NCBI GenBank assembly: GCA_022605425.2
Contig: JAKIMF020000005.1
Coordinates: 930,001-994,000, forward strand
Direction of reading: 5' to 3'
DNA from: Hamiltosporidium tvaerminnensis FI-OER-3-3
Lineage: Eukaryota > Fungi > Microsporidia
DNA: 64,000 nucleotides
Shown: positions 12,262-23,895 of the stretch, piece by piece
Position numbering within the stretch: the stretch's first letter is position 1
Layout: every line of letters starts with the position of its first letter
Translations under genes and position numbers: made by a program
The notes under the pieces: model-generated
The model's database searches: none
The model's input: only the letters and a program-made list of their open reading frames with translations
What the model was told of the DNA's origin: nothing

Positions 12262-12760
12262 AACCGTATTGGGGGCATATTGTCTTTGATTCAATAAACT
12301 TCTTTTAAAGGAACAAATCAAACACATTTAAATGTACTGCGAATTATAACAGCGTGATAGTAAAACAAACCGACAGATCATTTTACAATCTTAGGCGTCA
12401 GAGGGAAACAACCGTGTGATGTTATTTTTGTTTAAAATAACGATTTATAAAAGATATAAGGTGTTGGGTTTTATTGGAATAGAAAGAGCTGAGAAGTTGT
12501 AGTAAAACACCACATTTCTCATTATTTAAATACAATCTCGATTGTACAAAATATTCAAACAATTACCAAATAAAAGTCGTTTCTATACAAACTGATAAAT
12601 AAAAAGGAAAATCTCTTTAGACTGCTTAATCCTACATTTAAAAATATTAATTATTTAAGAAATTTTTCACAAATGTTTGTATGAATATTTTCGCTATCCA
12701 ATATATAATGCTCATCAATCCTATAAAGTTATGAGTCGACAAATAAATATTTGTTTACAC
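12262..12760 (+). pseudogene. Probable Merlin (ISXO2/IS1595-like) transposase remnant
   Basis: Fragmented motifs in the expected order: IGG/HIV, CWVL/GIERAEK, SIQTDK*KG (cf. SII.TD.WKGY), NFSQMFV (cf. NHS..FV). Confidence 0.5.
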
Positions 12761-13159
12761 TGATACAAGCTAAATAACTAAATATATGCAATGTTTGAGT
12801 TTCTTCGTATTACAAAACCTTGAGGTATATCAAATTGATTTAATGATTTTATAGGTAAAGAATATGTTATAAATGTATTTTCTACGTTATTAAAGTTGTT
12901 ATCTCAATTTCTCATTCTGATTTAACTGCAATTCGTTTTTTTCAAATAAACATTATTATTATCTGTTATTACAAGTCAATTTTCTTAATAGACTACCAAA
13001 AATATGTTTTCAATATTCATAAATATTTCTTTATATTTTTAAATACTTTTAATCATTGAGCAATTAATTGTTTCTGAGTAGATATAATATTAAGCTTCAA
13101 AACAAATTAGGAATCAATCATTTCAAAAAATCTTTGATAGCGTGTATTCAGAGATTAGA

Positions 13160-13560
13160 GTAGACACCTGAATAAAAACAATGTCAAAATACATAACTAT
13201 CAGACAAATATATTTGTTAGACAAGAGGCTGAATAATAACCAATGTTGAAATATGAATTACTTCTTAAGATTCACTTCAAATTATTGAGAGATTAAAATC
13301 TAATATGTACGATCTATCAGCAAATGAGCGGGTAAAATTTCAGCTATAGTAGAAAAATAATTTTTTATATAATAATCTAGGACGATATTGCAAACAAAAT
13401 ACCACAAGGTAACTTCAAAAGACTGCAAATTCCTATAAATTTAAATGCATATATTCATTCGATACCAATAAGAAAACGATCAGATGATTTACTTTGAGAG
13501 ACAAAGATGATTTGATCAAAACGTAATTCCAAAAGAGTTAGGAAAGTTTATTATTAAACG
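13160..13560 (+). mobile_element. Highly decayed retrotransposon endonuclease-region fragment
   Basis: AATAAAAACAATGTCAAAAT..ATTCACTTCAAAT..CAGCAAATGAG is colinear with DNA encoding RIKTDVKI..SQDSLQ..LANEL. Confidence 0.6.
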
Positions 13561-14009
13561 CACTAAAATATACAGACAACTAATACTCCTTTAAAAGAAA
13601 TAAAACGAGGAAGATGTTATATAACAAAGTAAATAAAACAAATATAAAACACCTTAATTTAGATCGTGTTATACGGGAGATGAATCGAAAATAAACTTAA
13701 ATTAGGCGTTAGATTCGGAGCCAGGGAAGGAATTGGATAAAAATTGCGAGGAAAGTATTTACAAGAGAGAAATTTTATCAACCAGATTTCAAAATAAAGG
13801 ATAACGTAAGAAGTGTTACACTATAAACAGATATAGATATTGACCAATTGTCGAAGCATATTTATTTTATCTAATAAATAAATATGATAATGTTTATTTA
13901 TGTCTGAATTTTCTATTCAAATATCACCTTCTTCAAACTGTAAAGAACAAAAAATAATGAAAACGACATGCATAATAGTAAGATATTTCTTTCTCATTAT
14001 GAAGTCTTG

Positions 14010-14260
14010 ATTTGATCTCTTATGTGATACTTCCTCGTGATATTGTGGCAAAACTTTATATGATGTAACTTAAGAAGCTATGAATATACGTAGGAATACA
14101 GAAATATCGAATTATAGTATTTAAAAGACACTTCAAATTTTCTTTTCTGTAGACAAGATGATTTTATCTGCAAATAAATACCAACGAGAGTTTTATAATG
14201 GTATATAGGGTTTATTGAATAAGCAAGGAACCACACACCTCAATAATATCCTTAAAAAGT
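14010..14260 (+). mobile_element. Highly decayed retrotransposon 3' fragment
   Basis: CTTATGTGATAC..GATATTGTGGCAAAA resembles DNA encoding PYVMTWDGIVTK. Confidence 0.4.
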
Positions 14261-15341
14261 ATTAATCAGGAAAAATTTGTTCAATATGCATTTAAAATAC
14301 TACTTCGGCTTTAGCTTGATATAGCATTATACCAACTCTTCATAAAAATTAAAACTTGAGACTGATGAGTAAAAAAAGAGATAGCGCAGCAATAATATTC
14401 GATTAATGTAAACAATCACAACACACAAAACCAAAACTTAAAATAATTTCTAATGAAGTCCTTTGAATATTTTATTTTTACTTATAAAGGAACGTTTTTT
14501 AACAATTAATAATAAGATTGAATTGTAGTTGAATTGTCAGATAAAATCATATTTGCTGTTACTTGTAACTTAAAAGAAAATGTAAAAATGTGGCTTTAAT
14601 TCGTCATATTAATTTTATTATCATAAGAAATTTATACAATCAATAAATATTGTGAGCAATCAAAGGAGAAAGCATAAATATAACTGCGCAGATAAATTTT
14701 ACGTTCCAAGAAAAACATTAAAAAAAGTTCTTTTTATAAATCACGAATAAATTTTTTTACCGCTTTTTTTACAGGAAGAGTATATCTCTATTATTTTTAT
14801 CATTTAGGTAAAATAAAACCATCGTGGTGAGATCGAATTCCACAGGCTATATAGCCTAAGCTTATAATCTTGAATTATAAAAGTATAAAAAAAACAATGG
14901 AAAACTTTCATCTGTTCTTCCTTGATACAGAAAGGTAAAAGAGTAATGTAATATGTAGGTAAATAGAATGTAAAACAAATTCAATTGTGATAAAATATTA
15001 TATTTTCCATCAGTTTTATTCAATTTTTTTTAAAAAATTGTTTTTTTTTAAAATTTATTATTTTAGAATTTTAGAAAAAAATTTTAAAGATTACTAAAAA
15101 AAATGTTTTTTGATATGTAATTATAAACCAAAAGCTGTTTTCTACTAAGCCTTATTCGTTTTATAAATCTCATTATAAATAATATTTTCTAGACCAAAAA
15201 TTTCTTATTTAGAAATTCCAAATGTAAAATTAATATATTAGGTATTAGATATACTATTTCAAAGAAACAATTGCCAAATATTAAAAATGTACAAATGATG
15301 TAAACCTAAAAATTATCGTATGAATCAAGCAATTTAATATT

Positions 15342-18245
15342 TTATAGATGATTATTATACTTTTTACTCTTTAAAACTAACATATAAATCCCTTTTTCTT
15401 CTTCAAACAGTACATGCATATATTTAAAAGTATTTATAATTTCATATTCGTAAAAAACGTTAGAATATTTTTCAAAAATATGCTTATAAATTAAAATATA
15501 GTCATATCCTTCAAAAGAGTTATTAATAGATTTGTCTATAAAGGCATTATCAGTATCATCTCTATTGTTATTATTTCTCATTTCCTTTTCGACTTTTTCA
15601 TCTACAATTTTGTCATTATCTATTTTATTATTTTTATCCTTTTTGCTTTCCAATTGCGTTTTATAACTTTCACTTGTGGCTTCCAATAAATCCATATACA
15701 TTTCATATTCATAGAAAATAATTTTTTGCCCATCAAATCTTTTACAGACAACTAAATCTTTCATTTTAACTGTTATGTCAGGATTTCTAGAAACGCTTTT
15801 TATATTTACATTTTCATAGCAAATAAAAGAATATACTGGTAAAGAATATGGACAGACAAAATAAAGTATTTCAATATTTTTTGTATTTTGGACCACAGAT
15901 ATATTTTTACCCAATACATTTTGGAAATCAACAGATATTTCGATTTTATGTCTTTCCGAATTCTTTATATTTTTATTCTTGTAGAAATTCAAATCTGTAT
16001 TGGCTGCAAAAAAACTTTCTGTCAGTATTTTTTCGACTTCTGTTTTCATAAAAAAACTAATATCAAAAGTATTTTGATGTACCAATCCGATATAAAGTCC
16101 TATAAAAAATGTTATATAAAGACCAACATATAAAACACCGGAGTATAACTTTTTACGTATATAATTTATACCACCCGTATTTCTGTAAGACATTTTATTA
16201 ATACCTATAGCACATAAAAGATTACAAAAAGGTATAACAGGGACAATAAACCGCATTTCTTTATGCTTTAATGCAGAATAAAATATTAAATAAATTAAAA
16301 CAGATATAGCAATATTTTGATTGGCGTTAAAATTCAAAAATAAAAATGTACCAGTAAAACCTGTTAAAACAATGAAAAACCATACGTAACTTAATACGTG
16401 TTGTTCGCCAAACACTTCACTTACTGACCACCTTACATTTACATTAAAAAATACAAAAGGAACAAATGTTAATTCCTTATAAAAATAACTGTCCACCAAA
16501 GCCATCAATAGTACTAATAAAAGGCAACAAGGTATATTCTTTATAAATACCATGATATTACTTAATACTCTTCTACCATATCTATTATATAAATCAAGAT
16601 CTTCAGCATCTTCAAAATCATTAATCTTAGAATTTATAACAGAAACCTCTGTGTCTATATGTCCTTTGATTTTAGATTGGCCATGTGTATCATCAGATTT
16701 GTAAATATCTTTATTTTTTGTATCTTTGATAGATTCTTTCGTTTTATAATCATTGCTTTTGTCTTCTGGCTTATAACATTCCTTTGCATCATTGTAAGAG
16801 ATATTTTCTTCGTAATGATTATATTTATTATCTTGTTTATAATTTACTTGATTATCTGCAAGTTTGAGTTGTTCGTTATCTTTCTCAGAATAAAAATATT
16901 CTTTGTAATTATTAAAATCAATATTTTTTTCATTTGCAGATTTTTTTAAATTTTCATCGATTTTGGAATCTGTTCTACTACAAAAAATATTTCTAATTTT
17001 AAAAAACGCTTCAACGAATTTATTCTTAATCATACGTATTATATTAAGACAAATACAACATACCTTCACAAGCTTCAAATAACTAACTATGCTATGCAAT
17101 TTAGAGCAAGTTACTGGATTTACATTTTCTGTTCTATCTTTTGACTGGTTGCAATCATTATTATTTGTTTCATTACATTCTAATTTTTCCTGTTGTAAAT
17201 TATTACATTCTGGAAGATTCTTTTTATTCTTTCTCATTTTATCATCTTCGATTGATGAATAATTTTTTTGGAAAACGGCAAAAAAAATATGAACACCACT
17301 CAAAAATAAAATACTTGAACGTAAATAGAAAGTAAAACACAAACACAAAAGAGAAATTGTAGGTGTTTTAAATGTTTCTAGAGCATATAAACACAATACA
17401 GCCATAAAAAGTTCAAAAGAGTTTATATGAGATCGAGGGGAATATAACCACAATCCATGTGAAAGCGCAGTAACATAGATAAGTGTATCCTCGTCTGCTT
17501 TATAAATAGTTCCGAGTTTTATTATAAGATAATCTGCCAACCCTGCGATTATTCCATTTACTATTTTAGAAACCAAGTATCCATATTTACCATACAAAGG
17601 TAAGATTGTATATTTGACTACCATTTCATCAAAAAACTGATATTTCGACTCCAATATCACCAAAACAACCAAATATAAATTATTTAATATATTTGGATGG
17701 CTTAAAAATCCTATAATCTGTCTTAAACCAAATCTTTCGAGATTGTTATTTCTAAAATTTGTTTTCCTTCTTTTTAAAACCTCTTTTTTCCCCATACATT
17801 TTAAAGCAACATCATCTTCAGGACAATTAATAATTTGATTTCTATTTTTGGTCTTTTCGTTAGTAAGAAACCTACCAGAATCAGTTAATTTAAAAAAACA
17901 TAAAACCACAGTAAAACAACATAAAAGACAAAGAAATATAAAATTCAAAAACAAAAAAATATTAAAATTATTCCGTATATAAAACAGACAACAAAATCTA
18001 AAAACATCGCTAAATATCTTAAAAAAGTAAAGTGGTATAAGATATACAAGAACATAATTAACCGATCTTATACCAATCATCCAATCCCATGTAAGTGTTC
18101 CTTTAGTATAAAAAATATAATTTATAGGTTCAAGGTTCTGCCATATTTCATCCGGTTCAAATACTGTTTTGAGAAGAAATGAATTGTTAAGTCTGTAAAG
18201 AATAAAAAATAGAAGAAGATTGTTCTTAATTGTTTTCAAAATCAT
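15342..18245 (-). CDS. GPI10: GPI mannosyltransferase 3 (PIG-B/Gpi10, GT22) with large low-complexity inserts
   Basis: PDEIWQNLEP, TWDWMIGIRS, HKEMRFIVPVIP; multiple TM helices; start placed at the second Met (18245) because of the CCCTTTT-ATG context. Confidence 0.9.
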   Translation of the reverse strand: MILKTIKNNLLLFFILYRLNNSFLLKTVFEPDEIWQNLEPINYIFYTKGTLTWDWMIGIRSVNYVLVYLIPLYFFKIFSDVFRFCCLFYIRNNFNIFLFLNFIFLCLLCCFTVVLCFFKLTDSGRFLTNEKTKNRNQIINCPEDDVALKCMGKKEVLKRRKTNFRNNNLERFGLRQIIGFLSHPNILNNLYLVVLVILESKYQFFDEMVVKYTILPLYGKYGYLVSKIVNGIIAGLADYLIIKLGTIYKADEDTLIYVTALSHGLWLYSPRSHINSFELFMAVLCLYALETFKTPTISLLCLCFTFYLRSSILFLSGVHIFFAVFQKNYSSIEDDKMRKNKKNLPECNNLQQEKLECNETNNNDCNQSKDRTENVNPVTCSKLHSIVSYLKLVKVCCICLNIIRMIKNKFVEAFFKIRNIFCSRTDSKIDENLKKSANEKNIDFNNYKEYFYSEKDNEQLKLADNQVNYKQDNKYNHYEENISYNDAKECYKPEDKSNDYKTKESIKDTKNKDIYKSDDTHGQSKIKGHIDTEVSVINSKINDFEDAEDLDLYNRYGRRVLSNIMVFIKNIPCCLLLVLLMALVDSYFYKELTFVPFVFFNVNVRWSVSEVFGEQHVLSYVWFFIVLTGFTGTFLFLNFNANQNIAISVLIYLIFYSALKHKEMRFIVPVIPFCNLLCAIGINKMSYRNTGGINYIRKKLYSGVLYVGLYITFFIGLYIGLVHQNTFDISFFMKTEVEKILTESFFAANTDLNFYKNKNIKNSERHKIEISVDFQNVLGKNISVVQNTKNIEILYFVCPYSLPVYSFICYENVNIKSVSRNPDITVKMKDLVVCKRFDGQKIIFYEYEMYMDLLEATSESYKTQLESKKDKNNKIDNDKIVDEKVEKEMRNNNNRDDTDNAFIDKSINNSFEGYDYILIYKHIFEKYSNVFYEYEIINTFKYMHVLFEEEKGIYMLVLKSKKYNNHL

Positions 18246-19544
18246 AAAAGGGTAAAAGTAAACGCAATTAAAGTATATTTTAATCATTTTATATGAGGAT
18301 AAATTAAAATATATTTATAAAAATTCAAATTTTTAATTTTTGTGAGTTTTTTATTTATTATATTTGTTTAAAATCATTTCTTTTAAATTTTATTTTATTT
18401 TCTTATTTCAAACTTCTCATGTTTCTGCTCAGTGGATTTCAATTTCATTTTTTACTTTAAAAATTATTTATTATTTTAAAAGAGTTGCAAGTAATTTTCT
18501 TTCACTTTCTATTCTAAATCTTCTTAAAAAACAGGATTAAATCAAGTTATAGAGTTGAAAAAAAAGATCAAATAGCCAATAAAATTTTACCCAAATATAT
18601 TTGGCAATATTTTATTTAAAATATTAAATTGATCTTGAGAAACTTATGCATTATGAATTATCGAATGAAAATATACAAAAAAATGTTTTACAAATAAATA
18701 TTTTTTTCAAAGATGAATCCGTAAGACAGAAACTTATTTTCAAAATTTTAATTTAAATATACTGTGCCTTCTTTTTTACTCTTTATTCGATGCATTATAT
18801 AATTATTTAAATCTTTAATACTCGTCTTCGTTTCTTTCTGTATTTTTAATTATATTTACTTATGAATTAAACAATAATATAAATCAGACGTAATAAACAC
18901 TAATAAATATAAACGAACATTTAAAGATTTTCTTGTATCCTTAATTCATATTTCAAAGTAACTATATTGCTTGTATAAATTAAATTTAATTGTACTAAAT
19001 CAGATTATGTATATTTTATAAAAATATATGAAGATTATATTTTCTAAAATTGATTTGGAACGCAGGCTTTATCATATTTTGCTATAAAAATATAGATTTA
19101 TCACTTTTATTTACAAAAAAAATATTTATACATATTAAAACAGCAACAACTTCAAATTATAAACTAGTATATATTCCAATAGAAAATAGAATTACATTCA
19201 ATGGATACAAATTTTAAAATACTTAGAAAAAATCGTATAACAGACAATTACACCCCAACCAATATTTAACTAAAATAGAGCCTTCAAAGTAAACTTAAAA
19301 TCTTTTTCAATCATTTTATCGAGGCTTTTAGAATAAAAAATAATTCAATCAATTTTATATTAAGTCTGTTAGAAATACATCACAGAAAAAGTTATCTGAA
19401 TGCCTTTATAACTTGATAGTCCTTAAATTTCCTACTTTGATACTAGAAAGTTCTAATTTTTTTTTAAATTAATATAAACTTTTAGCAAAAATGTTAAGAG
19501 TTTTTGATTATTTTTAACAAAAAGAATATTTCTTTTTATTTTAA

Positions 19545-20256
19545 AATATCACATCTTTTTTAAAATAGTGTCAAGTGTTATATTTGTTTTCATGCATTAA
19601 CCCAATTCTAGGTTTAACATAAATAACTGCTACTCCAAAAATCGATCGGTAACCCCTGCGATACCTACGTCCCAAAGCCTTTCATCTACCAGGTGTGTAG
19701 AACCTTATTAATAGGCGAGGCAGTTACCCTGAGTTAGTTAATGTTCGTTGCATGGAGTGTGATCGAAGCCCCCCTGGGCTCCCCCAAGACTATGCAGGAT
19801 TCCCACTTACTCTACATTTTCCGAACCCAATAAACTTCTAGCTAAGATATATTTCAGAGAGTTACATGAGGTCTACCTAGACAGTGCAATGTCATACCAA
19901 CAGGTATAACCTGCTACTTAGCTCTCCTGGCTTTAAATGGTTTTTTGCTTTGTATCTCCCAGGCGCTAAGTTTTCTAACCCGAGTGAGCAAGACTCGGTT
20001 TCCATGCTTTTACATGGCAATTACCTACAATTTTAGCTACAGTCTGCAATCTGGTTACGTAAAAAACTACAAATAAATTTGTAGAAAAGGTTTTGCCATT
20101 TCGTAGACCTCTCCTCCTCATAACAACTCCCAAAGAACAACCAAAGAGTTTGTATGGTTGTATTCCGACCAAAAATCCAAAAAATGATATTTACACCAGT
20201 TTCACACACTAATTGCCAAGCAGAAAGTTTTTTATGTGGTTATCCTCCCTCCACTA
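19545..20256 (-). repeat. ~700-bp GC-elevated non-coding dispersed element, copy 1
   Basis: Reverse complement aligns end to end with 58311-59030; no shared ORF; strand is relative to that copy. Confidence 0.9.
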
Positions 20257-20596
20257 ACAAAAAGAATATAATTATATAGAGATTTTTATAAAGAGTTTCT
20301 GAAATTAGTCAACAAATTAGAAATTCTAATTAGAATGAAGAATTAAATTCTAAAAAAAACATTATAAAGAGACATAAAAGTTGTTGAGACAAATTTTTAT
20401 CTTTACGATTAAAAATTATTGTAAATAGATCCAAACATAAAATGAAAGTTAAAACTGGTTGTAATATAAATCTCAAGTGGAAGTAAAAACAATATAAGTT
20501 AATCTTTTATTGAAAGAGAACCAAGTAAATATTAAATGTATAAATTTTGAGCTATTTTTCTGATTTCTATTTTAAAAGCATAATAGAGAATTTTAA

Positions 20597-20668
20597 GACC
20601 AGGTGGCGCAACGGTAGCGCACTCGATTCCAGATCGATAGGTTGTAGGTTCAAATCCTGTCCTGGTCA
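20597..20668 (+). tRNA. tRNA-Trp (CCA), intronless
   Basis: Acceptor GACCAGG/CCTGGTC, D arm GCGC/GCGC, anticodon CCA at 20629-20631, GGTTCAAATCC T arm, T5 Pol III terminator directly downstream. Confidence 0.96.
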
Positions 20669-20906
20669 CTTTTTATTATTACCTTCAACATAAATTTTTC
20701 TAGTTACAATGTGAATATCTCCTTTTTTATTTTAGAATTTTTATACTTTATTTACATTATAACATAGATACTTCTAGCCAAATCTTTTATTTAAAAATTG
20801 ATTTGAAAATTTACTTTTTTAGATATAAATTTCACAAGGTTTGATTAAAAATAATTTTAATATTTTTTATTCTACCCTACCCTTATAATTAATTACTTGC
20901 CTATTC

Positions 20907-21116
20907 CGTTCCTCTTTTACCTCTCAGTGTCGAAGATGAACAAATGAATGTTTTCCATCTGTTTCTTTTAATCAGTTGTAACACGGGATTATAGGGGATT
21001 GGCCTATAGATTCGGTGTGGTTTATATCTCACAAAAACGGCAGCAATAATTTTAATACGTATTTTAGACGTTCATTACTAAACAGGAAGTTTTTAATGTG
21101 GTTATCCTCCTTCCAC
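20907..21116 (-). repeat. ~210-bp dispersed repeat, copy 2
   Basis: Matches 401-607; ends in ATGTGGTTATCCTCCTTCCACA, shared with the 700-bp element. Confidence 0.85.
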
Positions 21117-21679
21117 ATTTATAATTTATCACTTGACGTAATAGAAAACACTTGGGCATGTCCACGCAACGTATTTTGTACAGAGGACATGTTTTGATTT
21201 GAATTTAAGCTTGAAATGAAGTGTATTCTCTTAGTTTAGAAATAATAACATAACGTTTTTAAATTATTTTGATTTAATATAAAAAGTGCGAACAGCAATA
21301 ATTATTTTCATGTATGAAATAATAATTAGATTTGAGTTTCAATTTACATTAAATTTTAAGTTATTTAAACTAAAAAAAAAGATTTTTTTTTACTGAGATC
21401 GAAATTATAAAATTACACATAGTACTTAATATTGTAAATTTACTGATTTTTAATGCAGTTGAATTGTTAAAGGAACAAATTTTTAAGAATATAGTATTAT
21501 TCACCAAATATATAATTTTTGAATTTGTTCCTTTAAAAAATAGATATTTTGATATAATTGTCTCTAAAATTATTAATTAAGTTTGATCTACAAGACATGA
21601 TTATTTTTTTAATAAATTCTATAATGAAATTTTTTTGGTTAATAAACCTACTTTTCAAAATAAATATAAATTTAAGTCT

Positions 21680-21772
21680 TCAAAACGAATTATGAGTCAG
21701 TGTATTCTCAAATATAATTTATAAAATGAGTATGCAGAAATAAGAGTGGACACCAGAATAAAAACTGATAGA
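21680..21772 (+). mobile_element. Short retrotransposon fragment
   Basis: AATGAGTATGCAGAAATAAGAGTGGACACCAGAATAAAAACTGAT encodes NEYAEIRVDTRIKTD, as in the full element. Confidence 0.8.
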
Positions 21773-22566
21773 TAATATCAAGCAAGATAGCCTTTATATA
21801 TTTTTCCATAAAATTTTAGTTATATAACGCCCTATACAAGGGTTATCTAATAAGTTTATTTTTAATATTTGTATCAAATTACAAATCTTATAACTTATGA
21901 CTTATTAAGAGAATTAAATATAATAAGTATATTTTATAAGTGTAGCGTCGAGATAATTTCTTATTTGATAGCATTATGTAATATTTTAGCAATATATATA
22001 ATATATATTTTATGACAAATTATCATCCAATCATAGTACAAAAAAATTAATTACATATTATTTGAAGGATAAAGGAAATCAGTATTAAGACAATCAAATA
22101 ATACAATTAAAAATAGAAAATTATGGCTCAAGAAATCAATCTTAAAAAAATATAAACTAATTCATCTATAAAAAAGCATTTTTTTCATAAAATATAATTA
22201 TAAATAGAAAGTCATGTCTCAAGAAAATATCAACGAAAAACTACAAACCAAGTCACACTTAAAACAACTATATTCTTTACTACGTTTACAATGCATATTT
22301 AAAAGATAATGTATCAACACGTATACCTGTGACTAAAAAAACCTATCAATAAACAGAACCTTCAAACAATTGCAATCCAATCAAATTTTAAAAATCTTTG
22401 ATAAAAAAAAATACTTAGCATAGAACAAATCATGTGAAATTGAAAAATCAAATCTCCTTTTTCTGATCAATTATTCATATTAAATATCATCCTTTTCCTT
22501 TCAACAACCCCCCCTTTATTATCTTCTAATCCTATAAATTACATCCTTCCCTACATTACCCTCCTT

Positions 22567-23895
22567 ATGACTCTACATCGGTCAAATAACAGAGAAACAT
22601 TTCATAAACTTACTAAAATTATCAAACAGCAATATAGCACTTTTACATCTCAAAACAAATATATTGTTTGTATTCAAGGATGTAGTGCATCGGGTAAATC
22701 TACACTTGCTTTAAATATTAAGAATACCCTTGAACAACACAATATATCTGTTTATGTTATACATCTTGACCAATATTATAAGAGTCTGAGTAAATCTAAC
22801 GAGGATATAAAGGGTGTTATGAATGAGGGTAGTAACTTAGAGGGTGTTAATATCAACATTAGTGAATTTAAGGGTGTTAATAGATATAGTGGTGATTTAA
22901 AGGGTGTTAATATTAGTACTAGTAATTATAAGGGTGTTAACAATAATACTAGTAATTATAAGGGTGTTAATACTAATACATACGATTTTGATAACCCTTC
23001 GGCTATTGACTGGTTAAACGTACATAAAACCCTTTATGCCTTAACAACAAATAACCCTTACATTCCAATATATAATTACTCATTTATAACTGAACAATCT
23101 ACTGGTCCTACATATATTCCTAATACATATCCTATTGTTATAGTAATAGAAGGTATTTACGCTTATCAAGTATTATCTCCTATTCATTTTAATACAGACT
23201 TGTTAAATCCTTATTGTAAGAATAACACTGTTACTTACATACCTAACAAGTATAAAACTCTTTATTCTTTTCACTCTTCAAATAATAAGAATGGGTTATT
23301 TACTAGGAATTTAAACTTTGAAAATTTATTAAAATCCATGGGAATAAAGGGTGATAAAAATAGTAATGATAACATCCCTTTAAATAACAATGATGGTAAT
23401 AACACCTCTTTAAACATACTACATACAAATAACACCCACCTTCATAAATTTTCAGATTTAAAAATATTAAATATTCGCCTTTCTATTTGTAAAAGTAAAG
23501 CCTTATCTATCAGAATAACTCGCGATACACTTTATTATAATAAGCTTTATTCTTATTCTTTACACCAATTCAATACACAGGTATGGCCATCTACACTTAA
23601 ATATGTTAATAGTACAGTTTATACTGATAATATTAAAATTATACACGGTTCATTTAATAAGAGATGTGAATATCTTATTAAAGGATTGGTAGATTACTTT
23701 GATGATAATAAATCTAATAAATCTAATAATATATATAATTGTAATAATAAACAATTAGTAGTTAGTAAACACATATATAATCAAGAAAGTGTTACTGTTC
23801 TACCTTCTCATGATATGTACTGCAAGTCACTTGTAAGTTGTACGGGAGAATGCATATTTGAAAGTAATAACGATATGACACTTTATGACGAGTAA
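22567..23895 (+). CDS. URK1: Uridine kinase-family protein with repeat inserts
   Basis: P-loop GCSASGKST, LDQYYK, YDFDNPSAIDW, PIYNYSF, VIEGIY. Confidence 0.85.
   Translation: MTLHRSNNRETFHKLTKIIKQQYSTFTSQNKYIVCIQGCSASGKSTLALNIKNTLEQHNISVYVIHLDQYYKSLSKSNEDIKGVMNEGSNLEGVNINISEFKGVNRYSGDLKGVNISTSNYKGVNNNTSNYKGVNTNTYDFDNPSAIDWLNVHKTLYALTTNNPYIPIYNYSFITEQSTGPTYIPNTYPIVIVIEGIYAYQVLSPIHFNTDLLNPYCKNNTVTYIPNKYKTLYSFHSSNNKNGLFTRNLNFENLLKSMGIKGDKNSNDNIPLNNNDGNNTSLNILHTNNTHLHKFSDLKILNIRLSICKSKALSIRITRDTLYYNKLYSYSLHQFNTQVWPSTLKYVNSTVYTDNIKIIHGSFNKRCEYLIKGLVDYFDDNKSNKSNNIYNCNNKQLVVSKHIYNQESVTVLPSHDMYCKSLVSCTGECIFESNNDMTLYDE

Noticed and set aside
19970-19985. TTTTCTAACCC as a telomerase RNA template
   Set aside because: Only a partial template match, inside a multicopy dispersed repeat
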